A DNA stretch of 64,000 nt from assembly GCA_965215945.1 (NCBI GenBank), contig CBDCFC010000051.1, positions 13,084 to 77,083 of the forward strand. Reading direction: 5' to 3'. This document shows positions 54,657 through 64,000 of the stretch, one piece after another. The notes under the pieces were generated by a model. It was not told the DNA's origin and ran no database searches. It was given only the letters and a program-made list of their open reading frames with translations. A program made the position numbers and the translations under genes. The DNA comes from Arenicellales bacterium (GTDB taxonomy: Bacteria; Pseudomonadota; Gammaproteobacteria; Arenicellales; JAHEKD01). Position 1 is the stretch's first letter. Every line of letters starts with the position of its first letter.

Positions 54657-56353
54657 TAAGCGCTAATTTATTAAGAAGTTTTCTCATTGGAGCTTATTTA
54701 TTTTTGTGGTCAACCCTCAGTATGGCACAAACAGCACATCTGCAACCGGCTGAGATAAATGAAGGTGATACAACCAAGCTAATAATTGAAATCGAAGGGG
54801 GAACTCCTTCATTGCATGGTTTGGATACTTCAGCTTTAGAAAAAGACTTTGAAATATTAGGCACATCTTCCGGTGTGCAAAGTATGCGAAATCAAAGTGC
54901 CAAGTTTTATCAGGCGCGCTGGGAAATAGAGCTGTTTCCGCTACGAGCAGGCGAGTTGGAAATCCCGCCACTTGAAGTTAATGGAAGGATGACTGAACGA
55001 TTGGTTTTGAATGTCAAAAAGTCAGACAGTTCAGATCCCGCTTCTGCGCAGAATATTTTCATTCAAATCAGTGCCGAACCTGAAAACCCTTATGTTGGCC
55101 AGCAGATCAATATTACAGTTCGTCTATTTCATAATATACGAATCGTTAATGGCACATTATCTGAACCTGAAGCTGCAAATGCCGATATTTATCGAGTTGG
55201 TAATGATATTAGTTATACCGAATCAATTAGCAATAGGCAATATAACGTACTCGAGCGCAGCTTTGCCATGTTTGCCAATACCACCGGCGAACTATCTATT
55301 TTCCCCGTATCTTTCCGCGGTCAGATCGAAGATAAATCCGATAATTCCTCATCCGACTTTAGTTCATTTTTACGCCAGGTTCGACAAATCAAGCGTGCAA
55401 GTAATGAACTGAGTTTGACCGTAAGAGATATTCCATCCAGTTATAGCGGCAAATACTGGTTACCGGCCAATGACCTCAGGATTAGTGAACAATGGAGCGA
55501 TCAAGCCGGTGAGTTGCAAGTGGGTGATTCGGTTAGTCGTGAAATCAAAATCATCGCCGATGGCCTGCCGGCTGAGTCTTTGCCGGAAAAGATTATGGGT
55601 TCGAATAATAACGATCTCAACATCTATCCTGATAAAGTTTCACGTAATAACCAGGATATCGGCAAAAAATTAGTCGGGCGTGCAGAGCAAAAGTATGCCT
55701 TAATCATGTCCAAGGCCGGATATCTGGATGTGCCAGAGTTAACATTAAAATGGTGGGATGTGGATGAGGATATTGAAAAAGAAGCGATATTGCCTGCTAA
55801 AACATTAATCGTTAGTGGCGATTCAACCCAGCCTGTAATCGCGCAGAATCAATCAGATCAGCCGACACCATCGACTGTTAGGCCTGATTCTGTGACATCA
55901 ACAAAAGTACAAACTAATTATTGGCAGTGGATGGCCTTGTTGTTTTTGGCTTTGTGGTTAATTACCATGGGATGGGTATATTGGTTCCGCTTAAATATGA
56001 ACAAGGTTGAAATCGCTGAGGATTCGATCGAAAGCACCTGGAATCAAAAAGCGCTGGAGCAGGCATGCCGCTCCAATAATTCAGTCCAGGTTCGTAACCA
56101 ACTGATTGCCTGGGCAAAAGATACCTGGCCGGAAGATAAAATCACCGGTCTATATCAGTTAAAAGCAAAGATACACGATCGGCTGTTGTCTGATGAGCTA
56201 AGTAAATTAGACGCAGTATTATTTTCAGAGAAAAAAACCGATTGGTCGGGCAAGGCTTTATTTACAGCGTTTACTAATGCCCAATCCAATATTTTTAACA
56301 AGGAAACTTCAGAGGAAGAAGTAATCCCACCGCTGTATGTACGACAAAGCTGA
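54653..56353 (+). CDS. BatD-like (oxygen-tolerance family) protein
   Basis: A signal peptide is followed by a large beta-rich ectodomain and a TM helix (WQWMALLFLALWLITMGWVYWF). It is the last gene of the Bat-type operon, with 4-nt overlaps. Confidence 0.75.
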   Translation: MISANLLRSFLIGAYLFLWSTLSMAQTAHLQPAEINEGDTTKLIIEIEGGTPSLHGLDTSALEKDFEILGTSSGVQSMRNQSAKFYQARWEIELFPLRAGELEIPPLEVNGRMTERLVLNVKKSDSSDPASAQNIFIQISAEPENPYVGQQINITVRLFHNIRIVNGTLSEPEAANADIYRVGNDISYTESISNRQYNVLERSFAMFANTTGELSIFPVSFRGQIEDKSDNSSSDFSSFLRQVRQIKRASNELSLTVRDIPSSYSGKYWLPANDLRISEQWSDQAGELQVGDSVSREIKIIADGLPAESLPEKIMGSNNNDLNIYPDKVSRNNQDIGKKLVGRAEQKYALIMSKAGYLDVPELTLKWWDVDEDIEKEAILPAKTLIVSGDSTQPVIAQNQSDQPTPSTVRPDSVTSTKVQTNYWQWMALLFLALWLITMGWVYWFRLNMNKVEIAEDSIESTWNQKALEQACRSNNSVQVRNQLIAWAKDTWPEDKITGLYQLKAKIHDRLLSDELSKLDAVLFSEKKTDWSGKALFTAFTNAQSNIFNKETSEEEVIPPLYVRQS

Positions 56354-56360
56354 CGCCTAA

Positions 56361-56427
56361 GTCATTCTGGAAAAGCCATAGGCTTTGTCCAGAACCTCCA
56401 TGAGATGACAGGTGATTTAAGAGATCC
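56361..56427. repeat. REP-like element of the GTCATT...ATGAC family
   Basis: The core is gtcattctggaaaagccataggctttgtccagaacctccatgagatgac. It is followed by ttaagagatcc, the reverse complement of ggatctcttaa seen near 16.7 kb. Confidence 0.6.
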
Positions 56428-56520
56428 ACGTGCTACGAGTTTATCTTCACTTGCGGAGGTAAGCAGGATAATAGTTGGTCCGGGAGGGACTGCAATAAGA
56501 AGCGCCTCTGAACGACGCAC

Positions 56521-56760
56521 TCAAGAAGCCAGTTTCAGCTCTTCAATACTGTTATAAAGTTTGCGATTGCTGACTGTGATAATCGAATCTTCATTTCGAG
56601 CAGTCAAATCCGGTAACGGTTTGCCGTAGTCAATCAGTACTGATCTAACCCGAAGCTTGGAACGGTTAAAGCTTTCAGAGCCAATGACCTCGCATTCAAG
56701 AAAAGTATCCTGAAACACTGTTAATTCCGGTTTTGGTACATAAACAATATTGCCAGACAT
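56521..56760 (-). CDS. Hypothetical 79-aa protein
   Basis: An ORF only; no family is recognised. Confidence 0.4.
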   Translation of the reverse strand: MSGNIVYVPKPELTVFQDTFLECEVIGSESFNRSKLRVRSVLIDYGKPLPDLTARNEDSIITVSNRKLYNSIEELKLAS

Positions 56761-57386
56761 CAGTTTAATCCCGTGCTTTTCAGCATTAAATATTAATTAC
56801 AAATAAACCGCCTCTGAGAGCGCGTTTATATCAGAAACAAACTGAAATTTCAGTGAAATTTTGTTTCTTGGACACATTATCGAATTATTTAGTCGCAAAT
56901 CACTTTTTATATAAACGCTGGCAAAACTTGAAACTGTGTGCTTGAATTCAGGCATATAATAGAATCGGATTATCTCCCTTAAGTTGAAGGGTTAACTGTC
57001 CCAAATCATCTGACGACATACAGTCCTGGGTTTCTCAAGCTGAAAATGATGAGGCCAGCAGAAATCCAAAATCCCTCTTATCAACTAATAGGCCAGGTTA
57101 GATGAACCTCTTTGCTGTGCCTGCTTTGTGAATGAATATTTAAAGTGATCTACATGTTCGAAAAATTGCAATGGAGAACAAATTGCCAACTCACCCTAAA
57201 TACTCATCTGAGTCATTTATTGAGTATCTGAAATTCTAGATTCTGAGAGAAAAGCAGCCATTAATTGTGATTTATAATACTGCTTATTGAATGTTTAATG
57301 ATAAATTATAAATGATCTTCAAAGTTAACCTGAATTATAGAACGAATAAATTACTAAATAACAAACTATTTAACTTACAACATTTA

Positions 57387-58463
57387 TTACCGAATTCTTC
57401 CTGGCCAAGACCTATATTTATTAAGAATTTGTGTAGTACTTCCAGAAACACAATCCATTGATGATGCAGATTCTGATATTAAATTGGGTACACAATTTTC
57501 ATAGTACTCAGCAATAGACTGGGAGCAACGTCTATCTGAATCAGGGTCAGGAATTCTTCCACTACAAAGTATACCTGGGCCGACGCTTTCTATCATACAA
57601 ATATCTTGAGCCCAGCGAAAAGCTCCATCCATTGTTTTGCTGGTACATTTTTCAATACCGCTTGTAGGTACTGAAAAATTGATTACTTTTAAGTGATATT
57701 TTTCAGATTGGATTTTTATCGAATCTTCACGAAAAAACTCATAATTTGGCTCGCTCAACTCATTACCCACACTTGAATTTGACCCGGCAGTTACTTTTAT
57801 ATTCCATTCCCCAGGCAATAGTTGAAAATTGGCACGACCACGTGAATCAGTAATGCGATCTTCGGTTACACCACTGCCAATTTGAATACTGACTTTGGCT
57901 CGCTCAACGGCTTTGGAAATCCACAAAACAGTAACTTGAAGAGAACCATGGCCAGGAATGGATACAATTGGATCTGATGGTCTTGAAATTGTTTCAGAAT
58001 AACAAATTCCTGCGCTAATATTTATATTGCAGGAGTTCCAAGAATCGTTCAGTGCGAGTATTACACTTTCCATGTCGTTTTTAATTTCTTTGCGAAACAC
58101 AATCAATGGTTCTTCAGTGGAAGATTGCCCATAACATTCAGACAGTTTGCCCTGAGGTATCATACTCCACCAACCTCCATCATTTATAGCCCTTAATGCA
58201 GGCACTTGTTGATCAGGCAAATAAATTCCATCTAATTGCCCACGCTTCACAGCGCATAACATGGATCCGGCATGTTTTGCATCAATTCCTCCACGATTTA
58301 ACATGCTAATAATAGCTTTTTGAGCATGGACATCAATTCGAGAGTCAATTATGTCTTGTGTTGTCCAACACTGTTCTACATCCGGACATCCTTGAGTATC
58401 TGCAGTAACTCTAATAGACAGAGCTAGATATATAACTAGTACTACAATTGTTTTAATATGCAT
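57387..58463 (-). CDS. Orphan secreted Cys-rich protein with a carboxypeptidase-regulatory-like beta-sandwich segment
   Basis: RBS AAGGAG lies 8 nt before the ATG. The signal peptide is IVVLVIYLALSIRVTA. The protein has 16 Cys. The segment ITDSRGRANFQLLPGEWNIKVTA resembles CarboxypepD_reg folds. Confidence 0.6.
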   Translation of the reverse strand: MHIKTIVVLVIYLALSIRVTADTQGCPDVEQCWTTQDIIDSRIDVHAQKAIISMLNRGGIDAKHAGSMLCAVKRGQLDGIYLPDQQVPALRAINDGGWWSMIPQGKLSECYGQSSTEEPLIVFRKEIKNDMESVILALNDSWNSCNINISAGICYSETISRPSDPIVSIPGHGSLQVTVLWISKAVERAKVSIQIGSGVTEDRITDSRGRANFQLLPGEWNIKVTAGSNSSVGNELSEPNYEFFREDSIKIQSEKYHLKVINFSVPTSGIEKCTSKTMDGAFRWAQDICMIESVGPGILCSGRIPDPDSDRRCSQSIAEYYENCVPNLISESASSMDCVSGSTTQILNKYRSWPGRIR

Positions 58464-58508
58464 GTTCTCATCTCCTTCAATAATATATTTCGATCTTGTT
58501 TATCATTC

Positions 58509-60884
58509 TTAAGGTTCAATAAATGGGTTGTTATATGAATTGCCTTTTAGAACCCATGGTTTATTTTCTTTTTTATAACCTGCTAATTCAGCATCTTGCA
58601 TTGTCTGTGTGTACCACTGGCGCAGCTCTGGGAACGTGTCGTCATACTCATTTAAGAAGGCGTTTATCGCGGCTTCGTCAACATCTTTACCGTTGAGCAG
58701 CCCCAGACCAAGTTTATAGACTGCTTTAGCTCTTTGTTTAACTTCTGGACTGTCTCCAGCATACTCTTCAGCAAGAGCTTCGATTAATGCTTCATCTATA
58801 GAGTCTCCACTTATCGCTGAATTTGCAAGTCCAACTCCCATTCGGTAGGCAAAACGGTATTCCTCGGGAATATTTCCCTCCATGGTTTTTAAAAAATGTG
58901 TGGCATCGATAGTGCGTCCCGCCATAAGATCAAGGGCGACGACTGATGCATAATAAAAAGGTGCTGCAGCTGGAAAAGCAATTGCAACATAAGGCATGAC
59001 AGTTCGATAAATACGCTCTAGTCCCTGCGCGAAGGTTGAACCTCCACCATAATTACCGGGATACGCGTCACCGTATTGGTTATAGAGTACCGGTGTAAAT
59101 TCCCACCCACCATTCGTTATATTTATACCAACATTCCCCCCGTGAGCGCGATTATATCCAAAATAATCCTGGAAATATTCATGCACAATTTCCGGGGCAT
59201 TATATCCAGGCATCGCCGAGGATGGAGACCATCCCATCAATTCCCCTCTCCAGCGTGGCGAAGGCATCCAGTATGCTTTCGTCGAGTATTTCCAGAAATT
59301 CTTATAGTAATCACTTGGCCTTGGCTTTTCTTTCATGCTCTTTTGGAGTTTTAAGAACGCTGTGACCAATAGGGGAGGTGCACGACGAACATATTCATGA
59401 TCAGTAGAAAACGCAGCAGATCCTTTTCTATTGCCGTAAATATCCACTCCAAGCCTTTCAATAATTTTTCCGGGTTGAGTGTTACCAATTTCAAAAGACC
59501 CGTTATCCTGGAATCCCCAGAGTACAGGGCCGAATAAAGTTTTAATGCGAGAGGGGATGCTCAATGGTTTGTTTGTTTTAAACTGGGCACTAGTTATAAG
59601 TGCATTAAGAGTATGTTCATTAAGCACGTACTCATAAACAAAAAACCCCCACTTTGGTAGACCATTGTTTTTTTCAGTTTTTTTGATAAAACTCCAGATA
59701 TCCGGATCTAATTTTGGACGCTGGAGTTTCCCTGATCCACCGAAATATAACCTTATACTATTACTGGGCAAACCAATGGGTTGCATAGACTCATCAAGCG
59801 CCTGTACTCGCACATAAAGATTGGGGCGTCGCTTAGCTGGATTAGATTCTATATTAATTGTCAGTCCCTGCATTGCAGGTACAGTAGTTGGATAATATTT
59901 TTTAATGTCGATAATAAACCCTCCTCCTTCCTCGTCACTAGAATGCCCAGCTCTACCTTCCTCAAGAATTATTCCAGTAAATCTCTCATGGGTATTATTA
60001 GGTAATGGTTCAGTACTTATTTGGTACTCTACCGTTTTGATGTCGTGAGACTTCAATTGCCAACGAAACTGCACAAATGTTTCATTTGAATTATCTGTCA
60101 CAGATATCACATCTGACCATGAATAGTTTGGTGCTAAATTTGTAAAATCATTTAATTTTTCATTAAATACCTCGAGCTGCGGTTTAACAATGGTAAATGA
60201 AAGTGCATTTAATAAGTAATCAGTATGTTCAATTTCTGCAACAAAACCAGTAGAACCTAAAACTCCTCTAGTTACTTGCTGTAGTTTAATAGCATCTAAG
60301 CCTACTAAATAACCGTCAGATTCTGACGATTTTGATTGAATTTCAAATTTTATCTTGTTTGGACCGGTAACTAACCTGTTAATACCTAACGACACCGAAC
60401 GTTTTTCAACTTTGGTTGAAAAACCTACAATATCTATATTTTTCTCATTTAAAATAATCTTGTAATTTCCATAATCAGGTGCAACTGAATATTCAAACCA
60501 AATATCAAAATAACCAGTTTGCGGCACTTCAAAAGTTAGTTCCAAACGGGAAGATGGTTGTGATGGATCATTGGTAGATAAATTTGGTTGCCAAAGAAGC
60601 TGCTTGTCGTTACTCCAGTCTGCACCAAATATTTGCATTGCCTGTATTGTGACTTCACTTTCATTAGCTGAATTTATTAAATGTTCTGCTTCAACGACAA
60701 TTTCATTTGCTGTTCGTGATTCGTCATTGGTTTGGGCATAACAGGTTAGTTGGATTACATAGATAAATACCAGAATACAAAATCGGAATACTAAACCAGC
60801 AATAAACGAATAGTTATAAAGATTAGTTTTTGCAAATAAGAAACGTATGAAATCATTGTTTAGATTCTCTCCATATTGGCACAT
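58509..60884 (-). CDS. Orphan large exported or membrane-anchored protein (about 790-815 aa)
   Basis: A long uninterrupted ORF lies in very AT-rich DNA. The ATG at 60884 has AAGGT 9 nt upstream, while the ORF-track GTG at 60956 has no RBS. There is an N-terminal hydrophobic anchor and a carbohydrate-binding-like N-terminal domain. No family is recognised. Confidence 0.6.
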   Translation of the reverse strand: MCQYGENLNNDFIRFLFAKTNLYNYSFIAGLVFRFCILVFIYVIQLTCYAQTNDESRTANEIVVEAEHLINSANESEVTIQAMQIFGADWSNDKQLLWQPNLSTNDPSQPSSRLELTFEVPQTGYFDIWFEYSVAPDYGNYKIILNEKNIDIVGFSTKVEKRSVSLGINRLVTGPNKIKFEIQSKSSESDGYLVGLDAIKLQQVTRGVLGSTGFVAEIEHTDYLLNALSFTIVKPQLEVFNEKLNDFTNLAPNYSWSDVISVTDNSNETFVQFRWQLKSHDIKTVEYQISTEPLPNNTHERFTGIILEEGRAGHSSDEEGGGFIIDIKKYYPTTVPAMQGLTINIESNPAKRRPNLYVRVQALDESMQPIGLPSNSIRLYFGGSGKLQRPKLDPDIWSFIKKTEKNNGLPKWGFFVYEYVLNEHTLNALITSAQFKTNKPLSIPSRIKTLFGPVLWGFQDNGSFEIGNTQPGKIIERLGVDIYGNRKGSAAFSTDHEYVRRAPPLLVTAFLKLQKSMKEKPRPSDYYKNFWKYSTKAYWMPSPRWRGELMGWSPSSAMPGYNAPEIVHEYFQDYFGYNRAHGGNVGINITNGGWEFTPVLYNQYGDAYPGNYGGGSTFAQGLERIYRTVMPYVAIAFPAAAPFYYASVVALDLMAGRTIDATHFLKTMEGNIPEEYRFAYRMGVGLANSAISGDSIDEALIEALAEEYAGDSPEVKQRAKAVYKLGLGLLNGKDVDEAAINAFLNEYDDTFPELRQWYTQTMQDAELAGYKKENKPWVLKGNSYNNPFIEP

Positions 60885-61228
60885 ACTAAATACCTTATAA
60901 TAATTGTGGTATTTAGTATACTGTAAGCTTTTGACAAAAGATATGATGTGTTTCACACTTTAAGTAATCTTTAGTATCAAACTCTTATTTAGCACTAAGT
61001 AATTTGTTTTAAAAAAACTAAATTAGTAATTTTCAATGACAGCTTAAAAGAAGATTGTGTTGAGTTCAAATTTCTGATACATGGCAGCAATGGGCAAACT
61101 AAGAGACATCGGTGCGGCAGCCTCAAAAAAACTGTCAATTAAGCCTGAATATTTACAAATTATTCAAAGCTGGATAGAGTTGCAAAGGCGCAACTCTATC
61201 CATGATTCAATTAACCAATATTATGAAA

Positions 61229-61702
61229 TTAAGCAGCTTTCTCTTCAGTTGACTCGCCTTCAATCAGATTCAAATCATTATCACTATTGATTGAAATTTT
61301 CTTGGGCTTCATGACCTCAGGTATTTCTTTAACCAGGTTGATAGAGAGCAAGCCATTTTCGAGTTTTGCCGATGTGATTTCCACATAATCGGCTAGGTTG
61401 AATTTGCGCTCGAACGCTCTGGTCGCTATACCTTTGTGTAGATAGTTGCGCTGCTTTTTATCTTCAGTTTTTTTGCCTTTAATAGTTAAGACTTTGTTTT
61501 CGACCTGAAGATCAAGATCAGCCTCTGCAAATCCTGATACGGCCAGGGTGATTTCATACTTGTTCTCATCGATTGCTTCGATATTGTAAGGTGGGTAACC
61601 ACTACCGGATGCGTCTGAACGCAATGTTGAGTCAAGCATCGAGGCTAGTTGGTCGAAACCTACTGAGCTGCGAAAAAGGGGAGTTAAATCAAGTGTATTC
61701 AT
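61229..61702 (-). CDS. ibpA: Small heat-shock protein, Hsp20/IbpA family
   Basis: The N-terminus LTPLFRSSVGFDQLASMLD and the alpha-crystallin core YPPYNIEAIDENKYEITLAVSGFAEADLDLQVENKVLTIKG match the family. Confidence 0.9.
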   Translation of the reverse strand: MNTLDLTPLFRSSVGFDQLASMLDSTLRSDASGSGYPPYNIEAIDENKYEITLAVSGFAEADLDLQVENKVLTIKGKKTEDKKQRNYLHKGIATRAFERKFNLADYVEITSAKLENGLLSINLVKEIPEVMKPKKISINSDNDLNLIEGESTEEKAA

Positions 61703-61780
61703 AATTACAAAACCTCCAAATAAGCATAAAGTAATAACAAAATTTTGTTTGATACTCTCATAGAGACGTATCAGTAATTT

Positions 61781-61808
61781 AATTAGGGATTGGATTTAAA
61801 ATTTCAAG
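61781..61808 (-). promoter_or_regulatory. Sigma32-type heat-shock promoter for the hsp20 gene
   Basis: The minus strand reads CTTGAAA-N13-CCCTAATT, against the consensus CTTGAAA-N13-14-CCCCATNT. It lies about 80 nt upstream of the start codon. Confidence 0.6.
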
Positions 61809-61907
61809 ACTTTTTTTAGAAAAAATTTATGCGGATTTACTGGCTAAAAAATATATTAATATATTTCCTGTCGGTTATGATCTTGGTTCAATTATTAAGG
61901 CCAAGCC

Positions 61908-62642
61908 ATGACAGAAATAACGATTATTCAAGCGGTCTTTGTCGGCTTACTTTTTGTCTGGTCAGGTTTTGTACGAAGCGGTATCGGTTTTGGCGGGGCT
62001 GCATTGTCTTTGCCGTTGTTGTTATTAATCATTGATCAGCCCTTGTTCTGGTTACCTATCGTGGCCACCCATTTGTTGATTTTTTCCTGCGTTACACTTT
62101 ACAAACGCCTCGATAATGTTGACTGGAGTTATTTGAAAAAAGCCCTGTGGGTCATTTTTATTCCAAAAATTATCGGTGTGATGGGATTGTTGAATTTGCC
62201 CAGCGATATTCTGGTCATCATGATTTACGGGATAACCTTTGTCTATGGTTTAACCTATGTATTCAACTATACATTCAAAAGTGAAAATCGTTACGTCGAT
62301 CGAATATTATTGATTTTAGGCGGCTATGCCAGCGGCACATCGCTGATTGGTGCACCGTTAATTTCGGCCGTTTTTGCCCGTCATGTTGAGTTATCGAGAC
62401 TTAGAGACACTCTCTTTGTGTTGTGGATTATTTTGGTGCTAATCAAAATGTCCACTTTTGTTATTTTTCAAATCGATATGCAAATCAAATATACGATTTA
62501 TTTGTTGCCTTTTGTCACTGTTGGACATTTGCTCGGTTTGAAAGCGCATGATTATTTGATTTATGGTGAGGGAAATAGATTCAAGCTGATTCTGGGTTTG
62601 GTCTTGGTGGTGATCTGTAGTTATGGTTTATTTACAGCCTAG
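61908..62642 (+). CDS. TSUP (TauE/SafE) family membrane protein, second paralog in the window
   Basis: 244 aa and polytopic. The N-terminal helix GFVRSGIGFGGAALSLPLLLL is typical of the family. Confidence 0.75.
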   Translation: MTEITIIQAVFVGLLFVWSGFVRSGIGFGGAALSLPLLLLIIDQPLFWLPIVATHLLIFSCVTLYKRLDNVDWSYLKKALWVIFIPKIIGVMGLLNLPSDILVIMIYGITFVYGLTYVFNYTFKSENRYVDRILLILGGYASGTSLIGAPLISAVFARHVELSRLRDTLFVLWIILVLIKMSTFVIFQIDMQIKYTIYLLPFVTVGHLLGLKAHDYLIYGEGNRFKLILGLVLVVICSYGLFTA

Positions 62643-62718
62643 TCAACTAAGACTGTAATCCTGACTATATGGATCTAGCTAGCCCGTTATAATTAAGTAG
62701 ACCAATAGAGGATTTATT

Positions 62719-64000
62719 GTGACTAATCTTTCATCTTTACGGGCAAAATTTCGTCGTCGCCGTCTTCAATCTGAGCAAGAAGTTGTCGATGAACTTTTGC
62801 AAATTATTCAGCTAGACGAAAAGCAACTGGCGAATATCCAGCAAAAAGCAGCCAAGCTTGTTCACCAACTTCGAACTGAGGCGACACCAGGTTTGATGGA
62901 AAGTTTTCTGGCTGAATACGGATTGAGCACAGATGAAGGTGTGGCGCTGATGTGCCTGGCAGAAGCGTATTTACGCACACCGGATGAGCTTACTATGGAT
63001 GCACTAATCCGTGACAAAATCGGCACAGGCGAATGGTCCCGTCATCGTGGAGGCGCCGATTCACCATTCGTGAATGTAAGTACCTGGGCGTTAATGCTAA
63101 GTGGTCGGGTGTTTCGGAATAAAAAGGGCGAAGACAAAGATTTGGGCGACACCATGTTCAAAGTTGTTCAGCGTTTGGGTGAACCGGTTGCACGTGTTGC
63201 TGTGGGTGAGGCGATGAAGTTGATGGGTCGTCAGTTTGTGCTCGGCCGCGATATTGAAGAAGCTATTGAGAATGGCTCAAACTTAAGAAAGCAAGGCTAT
63301 CGTTATTCCTACGATATGCTAGGTGAAGCGGCTCGTACAGGTGCCGATGCACAACGCTATTTCTTGGCTTATTCCAAAGCGATTAGTGCCATCGCTCAAC
63401 ATGCAGATAATGATTTTGTTCATGATAATCCTGGCATATCCGTCAAGTTATCCGCTTTGCATCCGCGTTATGAATACGTCCAGGATGAGAGGGTTATGCG
63501 GGAGTTGGTGCCACGAATGGCAGCACTTACGGAACAAGCAAGAGCAGCTAACATCGGTTTGAATATTGATGCAGAGGAGATGGATAGACTCGATATTTCG
63601 CTGAGTGTCATTGAGGCGGTTTTACGTTCACCCTCACTACAAGGCTGGGATGGTTTTGGTGTGGTCGTTCAGGCCTATTCAAAGCAGGCGTTGTCCGTGT
63701 TGGATTGGTTGAATCAGCTAGCCACTGACCTGGATCGAAAAATTTCGGTGCGCCTGGTTAAAGGTGCCTACTGGGATACAGAAATAAAAAATGCACAGGT
63801 GTTGGGACTAAGTCGCTATCCGGTATTTACCCGCAAACAGACGACAGATGTTTCTTATTTGGCTTGTGCAAAAAAACTGCTGGAATATTCAGATCACATT
63901 TATCCTCAGTTTGCGACGCATAACGCACATACGGCCAGTGCCATTCTTGAGTTGGCTAATGAGAATGATAAGTTTGAATTTCAACGTCTGCATGGAATGG
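62719..64000 (+). CDS. putA: Bifunctional proline dehydrogenase / 1-pyrroline-5-carboxylate dehydrogenase PutA, 5' part (continues beyond the window)
   Basis: GTG at 62719 after agagga. My own translation gives FLAEYGLSTDEGVALMCLAEAYLRTPD, RDKIG..W and the later PRODH barrel blocks (YSYDMLGEAA, ISVKLSAL, RLVKGAYWD). The frame stays open to 64000. This ORF is not in the ORF track because no stop falls inside the window. Confidence 0.85.
   Translation, partial: MTNLSSLRAKFRRRRLQSEQEVVDELLQIIQLDEKQLANIQQKAAKLVHQLRTEATPGLMESFLAEYGLSTDEGVALMCLAEAYLRTPDELTMDALIRDKIGTGEWSRHRGGADSPFVNVSTWALMLSGRVFRNKKGEDKDLGDTMFKVVQRLGEPVARVAVGEAMKLMGRQFVLGRDIEEAIENGSNLRKQGYRYSYDMLGEAARTGADAQRYFLAYSKAISAIAQHADNDFVHDNPGISVKLSALHPRYEYVQDERVMRELVPRMAALTEQARAANIGLNIDAEEMDRLDISLSVIEAVLRSPSLQGWDGFGVVVQAYSKQALSVLDWLNQLATDLDRKISVRLVKGAYWDTEIKNAQVLGLSRYPVFTRKQTTDVSYLACAKKLLEYSDHIYPQFATHNAHTASAILELANENDKFEFQRLHGM

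Noticed and set aside
61081-61290. A 69-aa plus-strand ORF partly overlaps the 3' end of hsp20.
   Set aside because: It overlaps a well-supported gene on the opposite strand, lies in AT-rich spacer DNA and has no RBS.

Overview
This is a 64-kb chromosomal window from a Gram-negative bacterium. The gene content looks like a marine gammaproteobacterial C1 and osmolyte degrader, but that is inference and no organism is claimed. I call about 60 protein genes and find no rRNA, tRNA or CRISPR array.

Main blocks:
1. 0.2-1.2 kb: an MbfA-like ferritin/VIT1 iron-exporter gene with a Fur-box-like array.
2. 2.5-16.3 kb: a periplasmic, TAT-dependent, Cys-type formate dehydrogenase supercluster. It holds a small protein, DUF3305-like and DUF3306-like proteins, a 4x[4Fe-4S] protein, a TorD-like chaperone, a 67-aa TAT protein, FdhA, FdhB, a lipoprotein, a cytochrome b subunit, accessory genes and ApbC/Mrp. 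An intact IS5-family element splits it, and a near-consensus Fur box follows the IS.
3. 12.4-19.7 kb: at least 7 frameshifts hit five genes in this stretch, which also contains clusters of GTCATT...AATGAC REP-like repeats.
4. About 20-20.7 kb: brnA with a truncated brnT, next to a 245-bp element bounded by inverted repeats. A diverged 300-bp copy of that element lies between moxR and the DUF58 gene at 50.2 kb.
5. 23.5-32.4 kb: a methylated-osmolyte neighbourhood with an M24 protein that strongly resembles the DMSP lyase DddP, an orphan TAXI-TRAP binding protein, a DMGDH-like FAD/GcvT fusion, an AbgB-like M20 amidohydrolase and an acyl-CoA synthetase.
6. 32.6-36.4 kb: small stress and acetyltransferase genes.
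7. 36.4-39.8 kb: a very AT-rich MBOAT plus DHHW/AlgJ-like O-acetylation module.
8. 40.0-45.1 kb: a LysR-controlled operon encoding a class II aldolase-like protein, a membrane FADS-like di-iron protein, a Rieske ferredoxin, an FAD reductase and a TSUP exporter. This is my best candidate for an undescribed oxygenase system.
9. 45.2-49.0 kb: transporter, acyltransferase, GT2 and DDAH-like genes.
10. 49.1-56.4 kb: a MoxR/DUF58/DUF4381/BatA/BatB/BatD aerotolerance-type operon.
11. 56.5-61.0 kb: an AT-rich island encoding orphan secreted proteins.
12. 61.2-64.0 kb: hsp20 with a sigma32-type promoter, a second TSUP gene and the 5' part of putA.

All family assignments rest on motifs I read in the translations and on recall of family signatures. 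No database search was run.
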